In this document: positions 32,935 through 45,435 of the stretch, piece by piece | Layout: each line of letters begins with the position of its first letter | Numbering within the stretch: the stretch's first letter is position 1 | DNA from: Heptranchias perlo | Lineage: Eukaryota | Assembly: GCF_035084215.1 (NCBI RefSeq) | Contig: NC_090330.1 | Coordinates: forward strand, 3,782,001 to 3,846,000 | Reading direction: 5' to 3' | Length of the DNA stretch: 64,000 nucleotides | Translations under genes and position numbers: made by a program | Notes under the pieces: model-generated | The model's input: only the letters and a program-made list of their open reading frames with translations | Told to the model about the DNA's origin: nothing | Database searches by the model: none

Positions 32935-33890
32935 AGGAGCGATTACAGGAGCGATTATCAAACAAAATCTGACACTGCGTCACCTAAGGAGATATTAGGA
33001 CAGGTGACCAAAAGCTTGGTCAAAGAGGTAGGTTTTAAGGAGTGTCATAAAGGAGGAGAGAGAGAGGCGGAGAGGTTTAGGGAGGGAATTCCAGAGCTTA
33101 GGGCCGAGGCAGCTGAAGGCACGGCCGCCAATGGTGGAGGGATGAAAATCGGGGATGCGCAAGAGGCCAGAATTGGAGGAGCGCAGAGATCCTCGGAAAT
33201 GTAGTAAACAATGAGGAGGATAGTAACAGACTTCAGGAGGACATAGACAGACTGGTGAAATGGGCAATCACATGGTAGATGAAATTTAACACAGAGAAGT
33301 GTAAGGTGATGCATTTTGGTAGAAGATTGAGGCGAGGCAATATGAACTAAAACACTGGTTAGGCCACAGCTGGAGTATTGTGTTCAATTCTGGGCACCGC
33401 ACTTTAGGAAGGATGTCAAACCCTTGGAGAGGGTGCAGAGGAGATTTACTAGAATGGTACCAGCAATGAGGGACTTCAGTTATGTGGAGAGACTGGAGAA
33501 GTTGGGATTGTTCTCCTTAGAACAGAGAAGATTAAGGGGAGATTTGTTGGAGGTGTTCAAAATCATAAGGGGTTTTGATAGAGTAAGTAAGGAGAAACTG
33601 TTTCCAGTGACAGAAGTGATGGTAACCAGAGGACACAGATTTAAGAAGATTGGCAAAAGAACGAACGGTGACATGAGGGAAAAAATGTCACACAGCGAGT
33701 TGTTGTGATCTGGAATGTGCTGCCTGAAAGGGCGGTGGAAGCAGATTCAATAGCAATTTTCAAAAGGGAATTGAATAAATACGTGAAGGGGGAAAATTTG
33801 TCGGGTTGTGGGACTAATTGGATAGCTCTAACAAAGAGCCGGCACGGGCACAATGGGCCAAATGGCCTCCCTCTGTGCTGTATCATTCTA
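32935..33890. mobile_element. L2 3' fragment (minus, to ~33190) followed by a CR1 fragment (plus)
   Basis: GGRAFSCLGPKLWNSLP on minus; ERVQRRFTRMVP...[14 protein letters not shown] on plus. Confidence 0.75.
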
Positions 33891-34654
33891 TTGTTCAATG
33901 ATAGGACCCTGATTGCCATTTTAGGACTCAAGTGCGCGGAAGGTGCACCATGCACCATGCACCATGCACACTCCACCTGGTTTCAGCTGATGTTCCAGCC
34001 AAAGAGGAGCCCAAAAGGTAAGTTTTTATTTATCTTCGTGGGGCCACGACAAACAGGAGACCTCCTCTGAGCGCCACAAAAATAACCTGGGCCGCTGCCC
34101 CTCCAAGTCCCTTCCCTCCTGAGAGTGGAAACCCATCCCCCAAACCGCACTTTTATCATGAACCCGGGAGGCAGGTCAGGCTGCCAAAGTATTGCAAGTG
34201 CCCAGAGCCAGCGGGATACCCGCATTGCACCGTTATCTACCCGCGGCCCGCCGGCAGCACGTTAATGAGGCCTGACCCGCAAAATGGACAGGGCTTCCCG
34301 CCATTACTATCGGGCGGTCGATCGGCATGCTCCGATACCTGTGAAATTCCTCTTCCTGTTTTAACCAAAGCATTAACCCACTTAAAATACGAGTCGGTGT
34401 CTCTGTTAAGTGCTCGATGTGCGTTGGCGAGATTTTAAAGATAACAGGAGCAGTAAGATAGAAAGGAAAGAAGAAAGAAAGAGAGAGAGAAAGAAAGAGA
34501 GAACTTGCATTTATATAGCGCCTTTCTTGACCTCAGGACATCCCAAAGCTCTTTACAGCCAATGACGTACTTTTGAAGTGTAGTCACTGTTGTAACGTAA
34601 GAAACGGGCAGCCAATTTGCGCACAGCAAGATCCCACAAACAGCAATGAAATAC

Positions 34655-36200
34655 GAACATAGGAACAGGAGGAGGCCATTCAGCATCTCAGGCCTGCTCT
34701 GCCATTCAATTAGATCATGGCTGATCTGCACCTCAACTCCATTTACCCGCCTTTGCTCCGTATCCCTCGATACCCAACAAAAATCCATCGATCTCAGACT
34801 TGAAAGCTCCAGTTGACTCACAGGGTCCACAGCCTTTTGGGGGGGAGAGTTCCAGATTTCCTCTCCTCTTTGTGTGAAAAAGTGCTTCCTGATTTCACTC
34901 CAGAATGTACTAGTTCTAATTTTAAGATTATGTTCCCTTGTTCTTGATTCCCGCACCGGAGGAAATAGTTTATCCATATCTACCCTATCAAATCCTTTGA
35001 ACATTTTAAACACCTCAATCAGATCACCCCTCAACCTCCTACAATCAAGGGAATACAAGCCGAGTTTATGCAGCCTGGGCCTCACAATTTAATCCTCTAA
35101 GCCCCGGTATCATTCTGGTGAATCTGCACTGCACCATCTCCAAGGCCAATATATCCTTCCTGAGGTACGGTGCCCAGAACTGAATACAATACTCCAGGTG
35201 GGGTCTGACCAAGGTTCTATACAACTGAAGCATCAATTCCTCCCCTTTGTATTCCAGACTCCTTAAGATAAAGGCCAACATTCCATTAGCCTTTGCTTTT
35301 GATCTAATTGATTGCTTTTTGTACCTGTCTACTGGCTTTTAATGACTTGTTTACTTAGACTCCCAAATCCTTTTGCTCCTCTACAGAGCCTAATTTCTCA
35401 TCATTTAAAAATGATCCCAATTTATCTTTTTTGGGTCCACAGTGGATGACCTCACACTTACCCGCATTGAACTCCATTTGCCATAGTTTTGCCCACTCAC
35501 TTAATCTGTCAATGTCCCTTTGTAACTTCCTGCTCCCATCCGCACTACTTACTGTTCCTCCTAACTTAGCGTCATCTGCAAATTTGGATATAGAACTCTC
35601 AACACAATGAATCGCATCCCACCAACCAGAATCCCCACTCTCTGCCTCCTGCCTCCCAAACAATTTCCAGCCCAAATCAAAACACTACCTCCAATTCCGT
35701 GCACTCTCACTTTTGCCAATGATCTTTTGTGTGGAACCTTATTGAATGCCTTCCAGGAGTCCATATAGATAACATACTCAGACACTCCCTTATCTACCTT
35801 ATTAGTGACCTCCTCAAAAATGTTAACTAGATTAGTGAGATATGACTTATCCTTAACAAAGCCAAATTGGCTCTCTCTGATCAGCTCATATTTGTTCAAG
35901 TACTCACTCACTCTATCCACAACGATAGACTCTAGTAGCTTCCCCACAACTGACATTAAACTGACAGAACTGTAGTTACCTGGTTTCTCTCTCCCACCCT
36001 TCTTAAATAATGGAGAGATATTAGCAAATTTCCAATCTACTGACACAATTCCCGAATCAAGAGAGCTTTGAAAGATTCTGACTAACAGTTCTACAATTCC
36101 CTTACCTACTTCTTTTAATACCCTGAGATGGAAACCATCAGATCCTTGAGATTTATCTATTTTAAGTCCCATTATTTTCTCCATTACCACTTTGTTGCTT
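34655..36200 (-). mobile_element. CR1-type LINE, RT to 3' end, decayed
   Basis: DWKFANISPLFKKG, QFGF, KAFNKVPH, SKFADDAKLGG, LEYCIQFWAP in successive frameshifted ORFs. Confidence 0.85.
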
Positions 36201-36759
36201 ATATTGAATCTAAAAAGTTCCTTCCCTTGATTAATTTTTAGTTTTCCTTCTATACTCTTCTATTGTCAAAACAGATACAAAGTATTTGTTTAATAAATCT
36301 GCTATTACCTTGAGGTCTATTAAAGTAATGACCAGATAATCTGTTTTAGTGATGTTGGCTGAGGGATAAGTATTGGCCAGGGTACCAGGGAGAACTCCCC
36401 TGCTCGTTTCAAAATAGTGGCTGTGGGATCTTTTACGTCCACCTGAGAGGGCAGACGGGGCCTCGGTTTAACGTCTCATCTGAAAGACGGATGCTTTTTT
36501 TGTTGCTAGTAACAGTGATCACAGCAATCTCCCCACCTCCCCCACCCCCCATGTTAAACATGCCGCTAACCCATTGCGGCCTGAGGAAACCTCTCACCCC
36601 CAACCCCCAAATGACCACACATTAACCCGCGATTAATGTGACTTGACTCCAATCAACAGGGCAATTTCTTCGGCAGTGAAGGTTTAATGTGCGCAACCAA
36701 AGAAATTGCCTCATATTTGTCCCTGCCTAAGGGATGTGGTGACCTCATAATTCTCTTCA

Positions 36760-37250
36760 TAGGATCGTAGAATCTTACAGCACAAAAGGAGGCCATTCGG
36801 CCCATTGTGCCTGTGCTGGCTCTTTGAAAGAGCTATCCAATTAGTCCCACTCTCCGCTCTGCTCTTTCCCCATAGCCCTGCAAATTTTTCCTTTTCAAGT
36901 ATTTATAATTCCCTTTTGAAAGTTACTGTTGAATCTGCTTCCACCGCCCTTTCAGGCAGCGCATTCCAGATCAGAACAACTCGCTACGTTAAAAAAAAAT
37001 TCTCCTCGTCTCCCCTCTGGTTGTTTTGCCAATTGTCTTAATTCTGTCACCAGCCAGTGGAAAGTTTCTCCTTATTGACTCTATCAAAACCCTTCATGAT
37101 TCCGAACACCTCTAGTAAATCTCCCCTTAACCTTCTCTGCTCTAAGGAGAACAAACCCCCAAGCTTCTCCAGTCTCTCCACATAACTAAAGCCCCCTCCT
37201 GCCTGGTACCATTCTGGAAAATCTCCTCTGCACCCTCTCCAAGGCCTTGT
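36760..37250 (-). mobile_element. CR1-type LINE 3' fragment
   Basis: Reverse complement of the CR1 3' end and UTR (gggactaattggatagctctttcaaagagcc). Confidence 0.8.
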
Positions 37251-37279
37251 GTATAATCTCTTGTGTATTTCGACGGCAG

Positions 37280-37372
37280 CAATAAATAGCCTGTCTCGGA
37301 TAGTGACCCAGTGTTGAAAGGCACCACTTTATTAAATCATTCTGTGCGGAAGGCAGCGGTCAAACGGATTTG
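37280..37372 (+). promoter_or_regulatory. Candidate TATA-like box and non-coding first exon of the plus-strand OR
   Basis: AATAAATAG at 37281-37289; donor TTG|GTAAGT after 37372; acceptor ttctcatttccag ending at 40705, ~50 nt before the OR ATG. Confidence 0.45.
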
Positions 37373-38389
37373 GTAAGTTACCTTGATCTCTCCCTGCCGT
37401 GGAGATCAGTGGCGGTGCGCTCACAGTCGCCTGTCCAGGATTTACGGGGATTATTTGTTCCATTTACCGGTTGATGGAGTGAAGGTGAGAAACGGAGGGG
37501 AGCCAATAGAACGGGATAATATGCAGTGTGTCTTTGCTTTTTTTATTTAATCGAACAGAACCTGACCCACAGCCTTAGTAGTGAAAAATGCATTGCAATA
37601 AGACGGACTGAAGCTTTAATATATAATTTTTTTTTCCCGAAGCAAATTTTATTGTCATCTATTTAACCGAACATTGAATTTTTGCATTTCGGTTTTATTA
37701 AATGCTGTCCTATCAGAATTCGGAGCCCATCGTGTTCTCTGGGAAGCAGATGTTTTGCAAAGGAAATTTATAACCATTTAGGATCAAACAGATATCGGTC
37801 AAAAACGTGTATTCTTTTAACAATGAATGAATGAGAATATTTGAGCAGGTGCAGTACAATTACCGAAGATCGATGTAAACCGCAGTTTATAATTTCTTAT
37901 TGAACGCTAAGTTGTAAATTTCCGCCAGGAGATAAAGAGATGGATTAAACTCTACATTGGAGTAGACTTGCTTCATTACAAGGGTCGATATTTCCCTGCC
38001 CATTTCCTTCGCTTACTATTTCTAACGAAATGGCAAACAGTTTATAAAATACTTTTTGACAATTTGTTTAGAAATGCGGACCTAGGAAATTTGCCACTGG
38101 CAACGCAATAACAAGGTCGCTACCCATAGGGACTGTGGGCAACTCTCACCCTCGATTTTAAGAGGTTCTTTCCTGACAGAGAAACTACTATTTCGTTCGC
38201 ACGGCCGCTTGCTAGATTTTACAATGGATTTCATAGAATTGTACTGCACAGAGGGAGGCCGTTCGGCCCACCGTGCCCATGCCGGCTCTTTGAAAGGGCT
38301 ATCCAATTAGTCCCAATAATGCGGAATGTGATCGTGGGGAAATATGGAGAGCATAAGTAACGCTTAAAGAACTTTCCCAGGGTTTCGGG

Positions 38390-40475
38390 GATCTGGATAA
38401 ATATTAATGACTTGGACTTGGGTGTACAGGGCACAATTTCAAAATTTGCAGATGACACAAAACTTGGAAGGGTAGTAAACAGTGAGGAGGATAGTGATAG
38501 ACTTCAAGAGGATATAGACAGGCTGGTGGAATGGGCGGACACGTGGCAGATGAAATTTAATGCAGAAACATGCAAAGTGATACATTTTGGTAGAAGAATG
38601 AGGAGAGGCAATATAAACTAAAGGGCACAATTCAAAAAGAGGTGCGGGAACAGAGAGATCTGGGGGTACATGTGCACAAATCGTTGAAGGTGGCAGGGCA
38701 GGTTGAGAAAGCGGTTAAAAAAGCATACGGGATCCTGGGCTTTATAAATAGAGGCATAGAGTACAAAAGCAAGAAGGTTATGATGAACCTTTATAAAACA
38801 TTGGTTCGGCCACAACTGGAGTATTGTGTCCAGTTCTGGCCACTGCACTTTAGGAAAGATGTGAAGGCCTTAGAGAGGGTGCAAAATGATTTACTAGAAT
38901 GGTTCCAGGGATGAGGAACTTCAGTTATGTGGAGAGACTGGAGAAGCTGGGGTTGTTCTCCTTAGAGCAGAGAAGGTTGAGAGGAGATTTGATACAGGTA
39001 TTAATAGGAACAGGAGTAGGTCATTCAGCCCCTCGTGCCTGCTCCGCCATTTGATAAGATCATGGCTGATCTGTGATCTAGCTCCATATACCTGCCTTTG
39101 GCCCATATCCCTTAATACCTTTGGTTGCCAAAAAGCTATCTATCACAGATTTAAATTTAGCAATTGAGCTAGTATCAATTGCCATTTGCAGAAGAGAGTT
39201 CCAAACTTCTACCTCCCTTTGTGTGTAGAAATGTTTTCTAATCTCGCTCCTGAAAGGTCTGGCTCTAATTTTTAGACTGTGCCCCCTACTCCTAGAATCC
39301 CCAACCAGCGGAAATAGTTTCTCTCTATCCACCCTATCTGTTCCCCTTAATATCTTATAAACTTCGATCAGATCACCCCTTAACTTCTAAACTCTAGAGA
39401 ATACAACCCCAATTTGTGTAATCTCTCATCGTAACTTAACCCTTGAAGTCCGGGTATCATTCTAGTAAACCTATGCTGCACTCCCTCCAAGGCCAATATG
39501 TCCTTCCGAAGGTGCGGTGCCCAGAACTGCTCATAGTACTCCAGGTGCAGTCTAACCAGGGTTTTGTATAGCTGCAGCATAACTCCTGCCCCCTTGTACT
39601 CCAGTCCTCTAAATATAAAGGTCAGCATTCCATTAGCCTTATTGATTATTTTCTGCACCTGTTCATGACACTTCAATGATCGATGTACCTGTACCCCTAA
39701 GTCCCTTTGGACATTCACTGTTTTTAACTTTTTACCATTTAGAAAGTACCCTGTTCTATCCTTTTTTGATCCAAAGTGGATGACCTCACATTTGTCTACA
39801 TTGAATTCCATCTGCCACAGTTTTGCCCATTCACCTAATCTATCAATATCACTTTGTAATTTTATGTTTTCATCTACACCGCTTACAATGCCACCAATCT
39901 TTGTGTCATTGGCAAATTTAGATATGAGACTTTCTATGCCTTCATCTAAGTCGTTAATAAATATTGTGAATAATTGAGGCCCCAAGGCAGATCCCTGCGG
40001 GACTCCACGAGTCACATCCTGCCAATGTGAGTACCTTCCCATTCTCCCTACTCTCTGTCGCCTTTCGCTCAGCCAACTTCCTAACCAAGTCCGTATTTTT
40101 CCCTCGATTCCATGGGCTTCTATCTTAGCTAACAGGTGTTCAAAATCTTGAAGGGTCCAGACAGAATAGATGGAGAGAAACTGTTCCCATTGGCAGAAGG
40201 ATGAAGAACCAGAGGACACAGATTTAAGGCAAAAGAACAAAAGGTGACATGAGGAAAACATTTTTTACACAGCGAGTGGTTAGGATCTAGAATGTGCTGC
40301 CCAAGGGGATGGTGGAAGTAGATTCAATCATGGCCTTCAAAAGGGAATTGGATAAGTACTTGAAAGGGCTACCAGCAAAGGGCAGGGGTGTAGGACTAGT
40401 TGGATTGCTCTTACAGAGAGCTGCAATGGCCTCCTTCCATGCTGTAACCATTCTATGATTCTATGTGATTCTATG
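38390..40475 (+). mobile_element. CR1 fragment split by a nested antisense CR1
   Basis: The outer copy (SKFADDTKLG...RGDL) breaks at 38999 and resumes at 40132; ACAGGT is duplicated at both junctions. Confidence 0.8.
39000..40131 (-). mobile_element. Young CR1 3' fragment (nested)
   Basis: GVPQGSALGPQLFTIFINDL, SKFANDTKIGG, VWNSL; near-identical to 8385-8810. Confidence 0.85.
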
Positions 40476-40756
40476 GATAAACTGTAAAGCTTAGTTAAAA
40501 ATAAAAATAGTGTGGGAATGACAGATGCTTGTACAGAAAATTGATAGCTTGATTTTGGAATTGAGAATAATTCACATTACAAGGAAGTATTTTCTATTTT
40601 ATGCAAATTTATGCAAAACTCTTGCATCCCATTGGATGCAACATGGCGCATATGTGAAATACCGCCCCATTCATGAACAGACCCCTTGTTAATTCTCATT
40701 TCCAGAGCTCGCTGAGTAAAAGTGAAGAGGTGGAATTTGGCTGGAAATTGCTGGAA

Positions 40757-41710
40757 ATGAACCACAGTGCCTTGAGCCACGAGGAGTTCACGCTACAAGG
40801 TGTCCCCAACGGGGACGGTCACCATCTCCTAATAGCCATCGTCTTTCTGTTGGTTTATATCATCATCATTGCAGCCAATCTAATCATTATATTCTTGGTC
40901 AAGACAGATACCAACCTGCACGGACCCATGTATTACTTACTCTGCATCCTCGCCGGCATCGATATCATCCTGAGCAACGTGACCATTCCCAAGATTTTAG
41001 CCATGTATGTGTTTCAATCCAACACCATTTCCCTGAAGGCTTGCGCCACCCAGATGTTTTTCGTCTATTGCACGGCGTTGAGTGAATCGACGCTTCTGGT
41101 CGCTATGGCTTACGACCGATACGTGGCCATTTGCCAACCCTTTAACTACCACAAGCTGAAGTTCCATTACGTGATCCTGGGGGTGGCTGTGGTCATTTTC
41201 CTTCGGGCCATGTGCTTCGTCGTAGTTGCGTGGTTACTGACCCGGGCCATCTACTGCGACTCCAACTTTATCCAGAATTGCTATTGCAATTACGGCTCCC
41301 TCTCCAAACTGGCCTGTAGCGGTGTGACAGCGAGTGACGCCATCACCTACCCCTTGTCCTTTCTCATCACCTTGCCGGACAGCGCCCTCATTGTCTTTTC
41401 CTACGTCAAGATTTTCAAAGTGGCTCTCAACGCTGGGCAAGGGGAGGCCCGCAGCAAAGCCCTCAACACCTGCACCACCCATTTCTGCGTCCTGATGTTG
41501 TTTTACACCAGCGCTCTCTTCGAGTTCACCATGTACCTTATCCCCAGCCTCTTCTCTCCCGAGTTACACTTTGTGGTCGCTGTCACTTTCGCTATTTTCC
41601 AGCCCATCTTCAACCCCATCATATACAGCGTGAGGACGAAGGAAATCAGGAACAGCTTCCTGAAGTTATTGGGCAGGAGGAGAATTACAGATGGATCGCT
41701 AAGAAGTTAA
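40757..41710 (+). CDS. Olfactory receptor (class I-like), ~317 aa, intact
   Basis: Motifs LHGPMY, MAYDRYVAICQP, NCYCNY...LAC, KALNTCTTH, PIFNPIIYSVRTKEIR; N-terminal NHS glycosylation site; ATG at 40757 follows the acceptor at 40705. Confidence 0.95.
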   Translation: MNHSALSHEEFTLQGVPNGDGHHLLIAIVFLLVYIIIIAANLIIIFLVKTDTNLHGPMYYLLCILAGIDIILSNVTIPKILAMYVFQSNTISLKACATQMFFVYCTALSESTLLVAMAYDRYVAICQPFNYHKLKFHYVILGVAVVIFLRAMCFVVVAWLLTRAIYCDSNFIQNCYCNYGSLSKLACSGVTASDAITYPLSFLITLPDSALIVFSYVKIFKVALNAGQGEARSKALNTCTTHFCVLMLFYTSALFEFTMYLIPSLFSPELHFVVAVTFAIFQPIFNPIIYSVRTKEIRNSFLKLLGRRRITDGSLRS

Positions 41711-41809
41711 CCAGCTGTAAATGTTTTTTGAAAGTAGTCTGTCTGCAGTGGCCTTACACATTGGGATGTTCTGGTCTCTCGTGGTCTTCAGATCAAGCAG
41801 AGTTAGAGG

Positions 41810-42165
41810 GCAGGGGATAATTGGACCAGGGTCATTCAGTCCCCATTTAGAAGTCATGTATTCTCTCCTTACTTTTGTATTGCCATTATAAATTCCAGTA
41901 TTCACATTTATAATGGGAATTGCCTATGTAAACATGTCACACTGTTACAAAAAAGCAAAAAGAGTGCAGATGCTGGAAGCCCGAAACCAAAAAATGCTGG
42001 AAACCCTTAGCAGGTCCATCAGGATCTGTAGAGAGAACAGACCTATCAAACAAGAAGGGCCCACACCTGGCAGGTTAACTGGTCTGTTTTCTCCATAGAT
42101 GGGGACTGACCTGTTGAGTGATCCCAGCATTGTGTGACACTGTTATTACACCCTCCTGCCAGTGG
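41810..42165. mobile_element. Foldback MITE arm containing a Penelope-derived inverted-repeat insert
   Basis: 41812-41947 plus 42146-42165 match the hairpin element at 62180-62450; the insert 41948-42132 is flanked by tgtcacactgtta/tgtgacactgtta and resembles the 28250-28310 pLTR in inverted arrangement. Confidence 0.55.
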
Positions 42166-43854
42166 TGACGCAGCAGGCAGTGTGCGCAGCGGGCGTGAAA
42201 TTTAACTGGGGCGGGGGCACAAAACGGGCATTAGCGGATCAGCCACCCGTTATACACCCTGCCTGATTTTCCTTGGATTTCACCTCCCCCCTCCTATATT
42301 AGAATCATAGAATCTTACAGAGGGAGGCCATTCAGCCCATCATGCCTGTGCCGGCTCTTTGAAAGAGCTGTCCAATTTAGTCCCACAGTTTTTCCCTTTA
42401 ACCCTTGCAGATTAGCCTTCTTCAAGTACGTGTCCAATTGCCTTTTGAAAGTTCCTTTGGAATCAGCTCTCACCACCCTTTCAGGTAGTGAGTTCCAGAT
42501 CCTAACAACCCTCTGTGTGAAAAAAAATTCTCCTCATTTCCCCTCTAGTTCTTTTGCCAATTATTTTAAATCTTATCACTTTGATGACCACACACATATC
42601 ATCCGCTTCGTCATATTTCAGCCAAGCACTCTACTTTGTATGTAAACTTATCAGTTACTGTAATATTAAGGTTACAGTGGTGAAAGGCGGATGTGCACAT
42701 TCAGAGGGATGAGGCAGAATCCCCGCCCAAGATCTCACTGGCCCCAACGTGTGAGTCTCCTATCCCTCGAAAAGCGGTCAGGTGTTGTGTGTGAAAACAG
42801 GAGCCATGCAAAAAAAAAGTCTCTTAAAAGCGTTACATGTTTATGCATTAATTGTTTTAAGGTCTGTGCAATTTGTAAACATTAATGTCTGACAGCGGCA
42901 GAACGGTGTTACAGAATGGAGCTGGAGGTGTTACCGTGTTACGGATGTGAAATATGAAAAGTGTGTGAATAAAGTTATTGTTTAAATGTGAAAGAATAGA
43001 AATTTGTTCATTTTAAGCCCAATGCAAACTGTTTGCAAGGATGCAATGAAACAGTTTAACACAAACAAACTGGAACTTACATTCCCCTAGCACCCCTCAA
43101 ACAAAGCAAAACGAATCAGTCAAAATACTGGATTAAATTGACACACCTAATGTGGATCAGTAAGTGTGGGTAAAGTTTAGTAACTTATGCCATCACATTT
43201 AAATGTATTTTAGATATTCATGTACCGTGCAGCTATATTAATGAAAACGTTAATTATTTTTGAGGCGCCGAGTGCTACACCTTTGAAATCACATCCTGAC
43301 ACATATCCCTAAATAGAATATCCCCGCCTCGCCTTCTTAATGGCAAGAATGTACCTGTTTAAAATAATCAATTTAACACCTCCACTCAAATAGCAGAGGA
43401 AGGAATGTCACATGTGACGGCTTCATTGTAATTTCAAGGCGAAAGTACATCTAAAGTGAGATAATCGTCCAGGAAATTAGACTGTGTTTTCAATGTGTTT
43501 GTTTTAAGTTTGCTTGTCTGCTATTTCAACAGAGGCATTAACTTCCTTAAAGGAAAGTGTCAATGTACCTGTTACAATATTCGAATTTCATATAAATGCC
43601 CTAAACGTTTGTATGAACTTTAAAAAAAAATTTTCCGAAGATGTGGGTGAGGTGGGTAAGGCTGGCATTCATTGTCCATCCTTAGTCACCCTAAGAAGGT
43701 GGTGGTGGGCCTTCTTCTTCAGCCCTTGTGGTTCATCTCCTTGTGGTGATGGTGCTCCCACAATGGTGTTAGGTAGGGAATTCCATGATATTGACTCAGC
43801 CACAATGAAGGAACTGGAAATATATATCACATTGCTGCTCCTGACTTTCTAGTC

Positions 43855-44680
43855 GGTAGATGGAGCATAATGTGGGGAAATGTGAGGTTATTCACTTTGG
43901 TAGGAAGAATAGAAAAACAGAATCTTTTTTAAATGGTGAGAAACTATTAAATGTTGGTGTTCAGAGAGATTTGGGTGTCTTCGTACAAGAAACACAGAAA
44001 GTTAGTATGCAGGTACAGCAGGCAATTAGGAAAGCAAATGGCATGTTGGCCTTTATTGCAAGGGGGTTGGAGTACAAGAGTAAGGAAGTCTTACTACAGT
44101 TGTACAGGGCTTTAGTGAGACCGCACCTGGAGTACTGTGTACAGTTTTGGTCTCCTTATCTAAGGAGGGATATATTTGCCTTAGAGGCGGTGCAACGAAG
44201 GTTCACTAGATTGATTCCTGGGATGAGAGAGTTGTCCTATGAGGAGAGATTGAGTAGAATGGGTCTATACTCTCTGGAGTTTAGAAGAATGAGAGGTGAT
44301 CTCATTGAAATATATAAGATTATGAGGGGGCTTGACAGGGTAGATGCTGAGAGGCTGTTTCCCCTGGCTAGTGAGTCTAGTACTACGGGGCATAGTCTCA
44401 GGATAAGGGGTCGGCCATTCAAGACTGCGATGAGGAGGAATTTCTTCGTGCAGTGGGTTGTGAATCTTTGGAATTCTCTACCCCAGAGGGCTGTGGATGC
44501 TGAGTCGTTGAGTATTTTCAGATTGACAGATTTTTGGACTCTAGGGGAATCAAGGGATATGGGGTTAGGGCGGGAAAGTGGAGTTGAGATCGAAGATCAG
44601 CCATGATCTGATTGAATGTCGGAGCAGGCTCGAGGGGGTCATATGGCCTAGTCCTGCTCCTATTGCTTATGTTCCTATGT
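43855..44680 (+). mobile_element. CR1-type LINE 3' fragment (248-aa open remnant)
   Basis: NVGKCEVIHFG, QRDLGV, LVRPHLEYCVQFWSP, LWNSLP. Confidence 0.88.
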
Positions 44681-44685
44681 TCTTA

Positions 44686-44885
44686 GGGGTATGGTAGCCT
44701 AGTGGTTATAGTACTTGATGAGTAATGCAAAGAGTTCAAATCGCACCATGGCAACTTGTGAAATGAAATTGAGTAAATGGCTGCCGGATTGTTATAAAAA
44801 CCCAACAGGTTCACTAATGTCCTTCAAGGAAAGGAATCTCCTACCCCATACCCGGTCCAGTCTCCATACGACTCCAGTCCCATAC
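44686..44885 (+). mobile_element. tRNA-headed SINE 5' part (second family)
   Basis: A-box-like tagcctagtgg and B-box-like gagttcaaatc followed by a non-Deu body (ggttcactaatgtccttcaaggaaagg). Confidence 0.5.
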
Positions 44886-45435
44886 TATCTGATAATGACC
44901 AGATAATCTGTTTTAGTGATGTTAGTTGAGGGGTAAATATTGGCCCAGGACACTGGGGAGAACTCTCCTGCTCTTTGAAATAGTGCCTTTTACATCTTAT
45001 CCAAAAGACAGCACTCTGACAGTGCAGCACTCCCTCAGTACTACAATGGGAGTGTCAGCCTGGATTACATGCTCAAGGCTCTGGAGTGGAACTTGAACCC
45101 ATGACCTTCTGACTCTGCCATGGGATCTTTTACATCTTATCCAAAAGGCAGCACAGCACTCCCTCAGTACTACATTGGGAGTGTCAGCCTGGATTACATG
45201 CTCAAGGCTCTGGAGTGGGACTTGAACTCATGACTGAGGGAGCACGGCACTGTCGGAGATATTAAACGAGGCCCCATCTGCCCTCTCAGATGGAGGTAAA
45301 AGAGCCCATGGCACTATCTGAAGAAGAGCAGGTGAGTTTTCCCGGCCAAAATTCATCCCTCAACCAAAACCTCCAAAAACACAGATTAGCTGGTCATTCG
45401 TTTGCGGGACGTTGCTGTGTGCAAATTGACTGTTG

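Noticed and set aside
40673-40756. Longer N-terminus of the plus-strand OR
   Set aside because: The upstream ATG lies before a good splice acceptor (40705); MNHS at 40757 gives normal OR length and glycosylation site
44987-45235. Local ~140-bp direct duplication
   Set aside because: Tandem duplication of a SINE fragment with no sign of function
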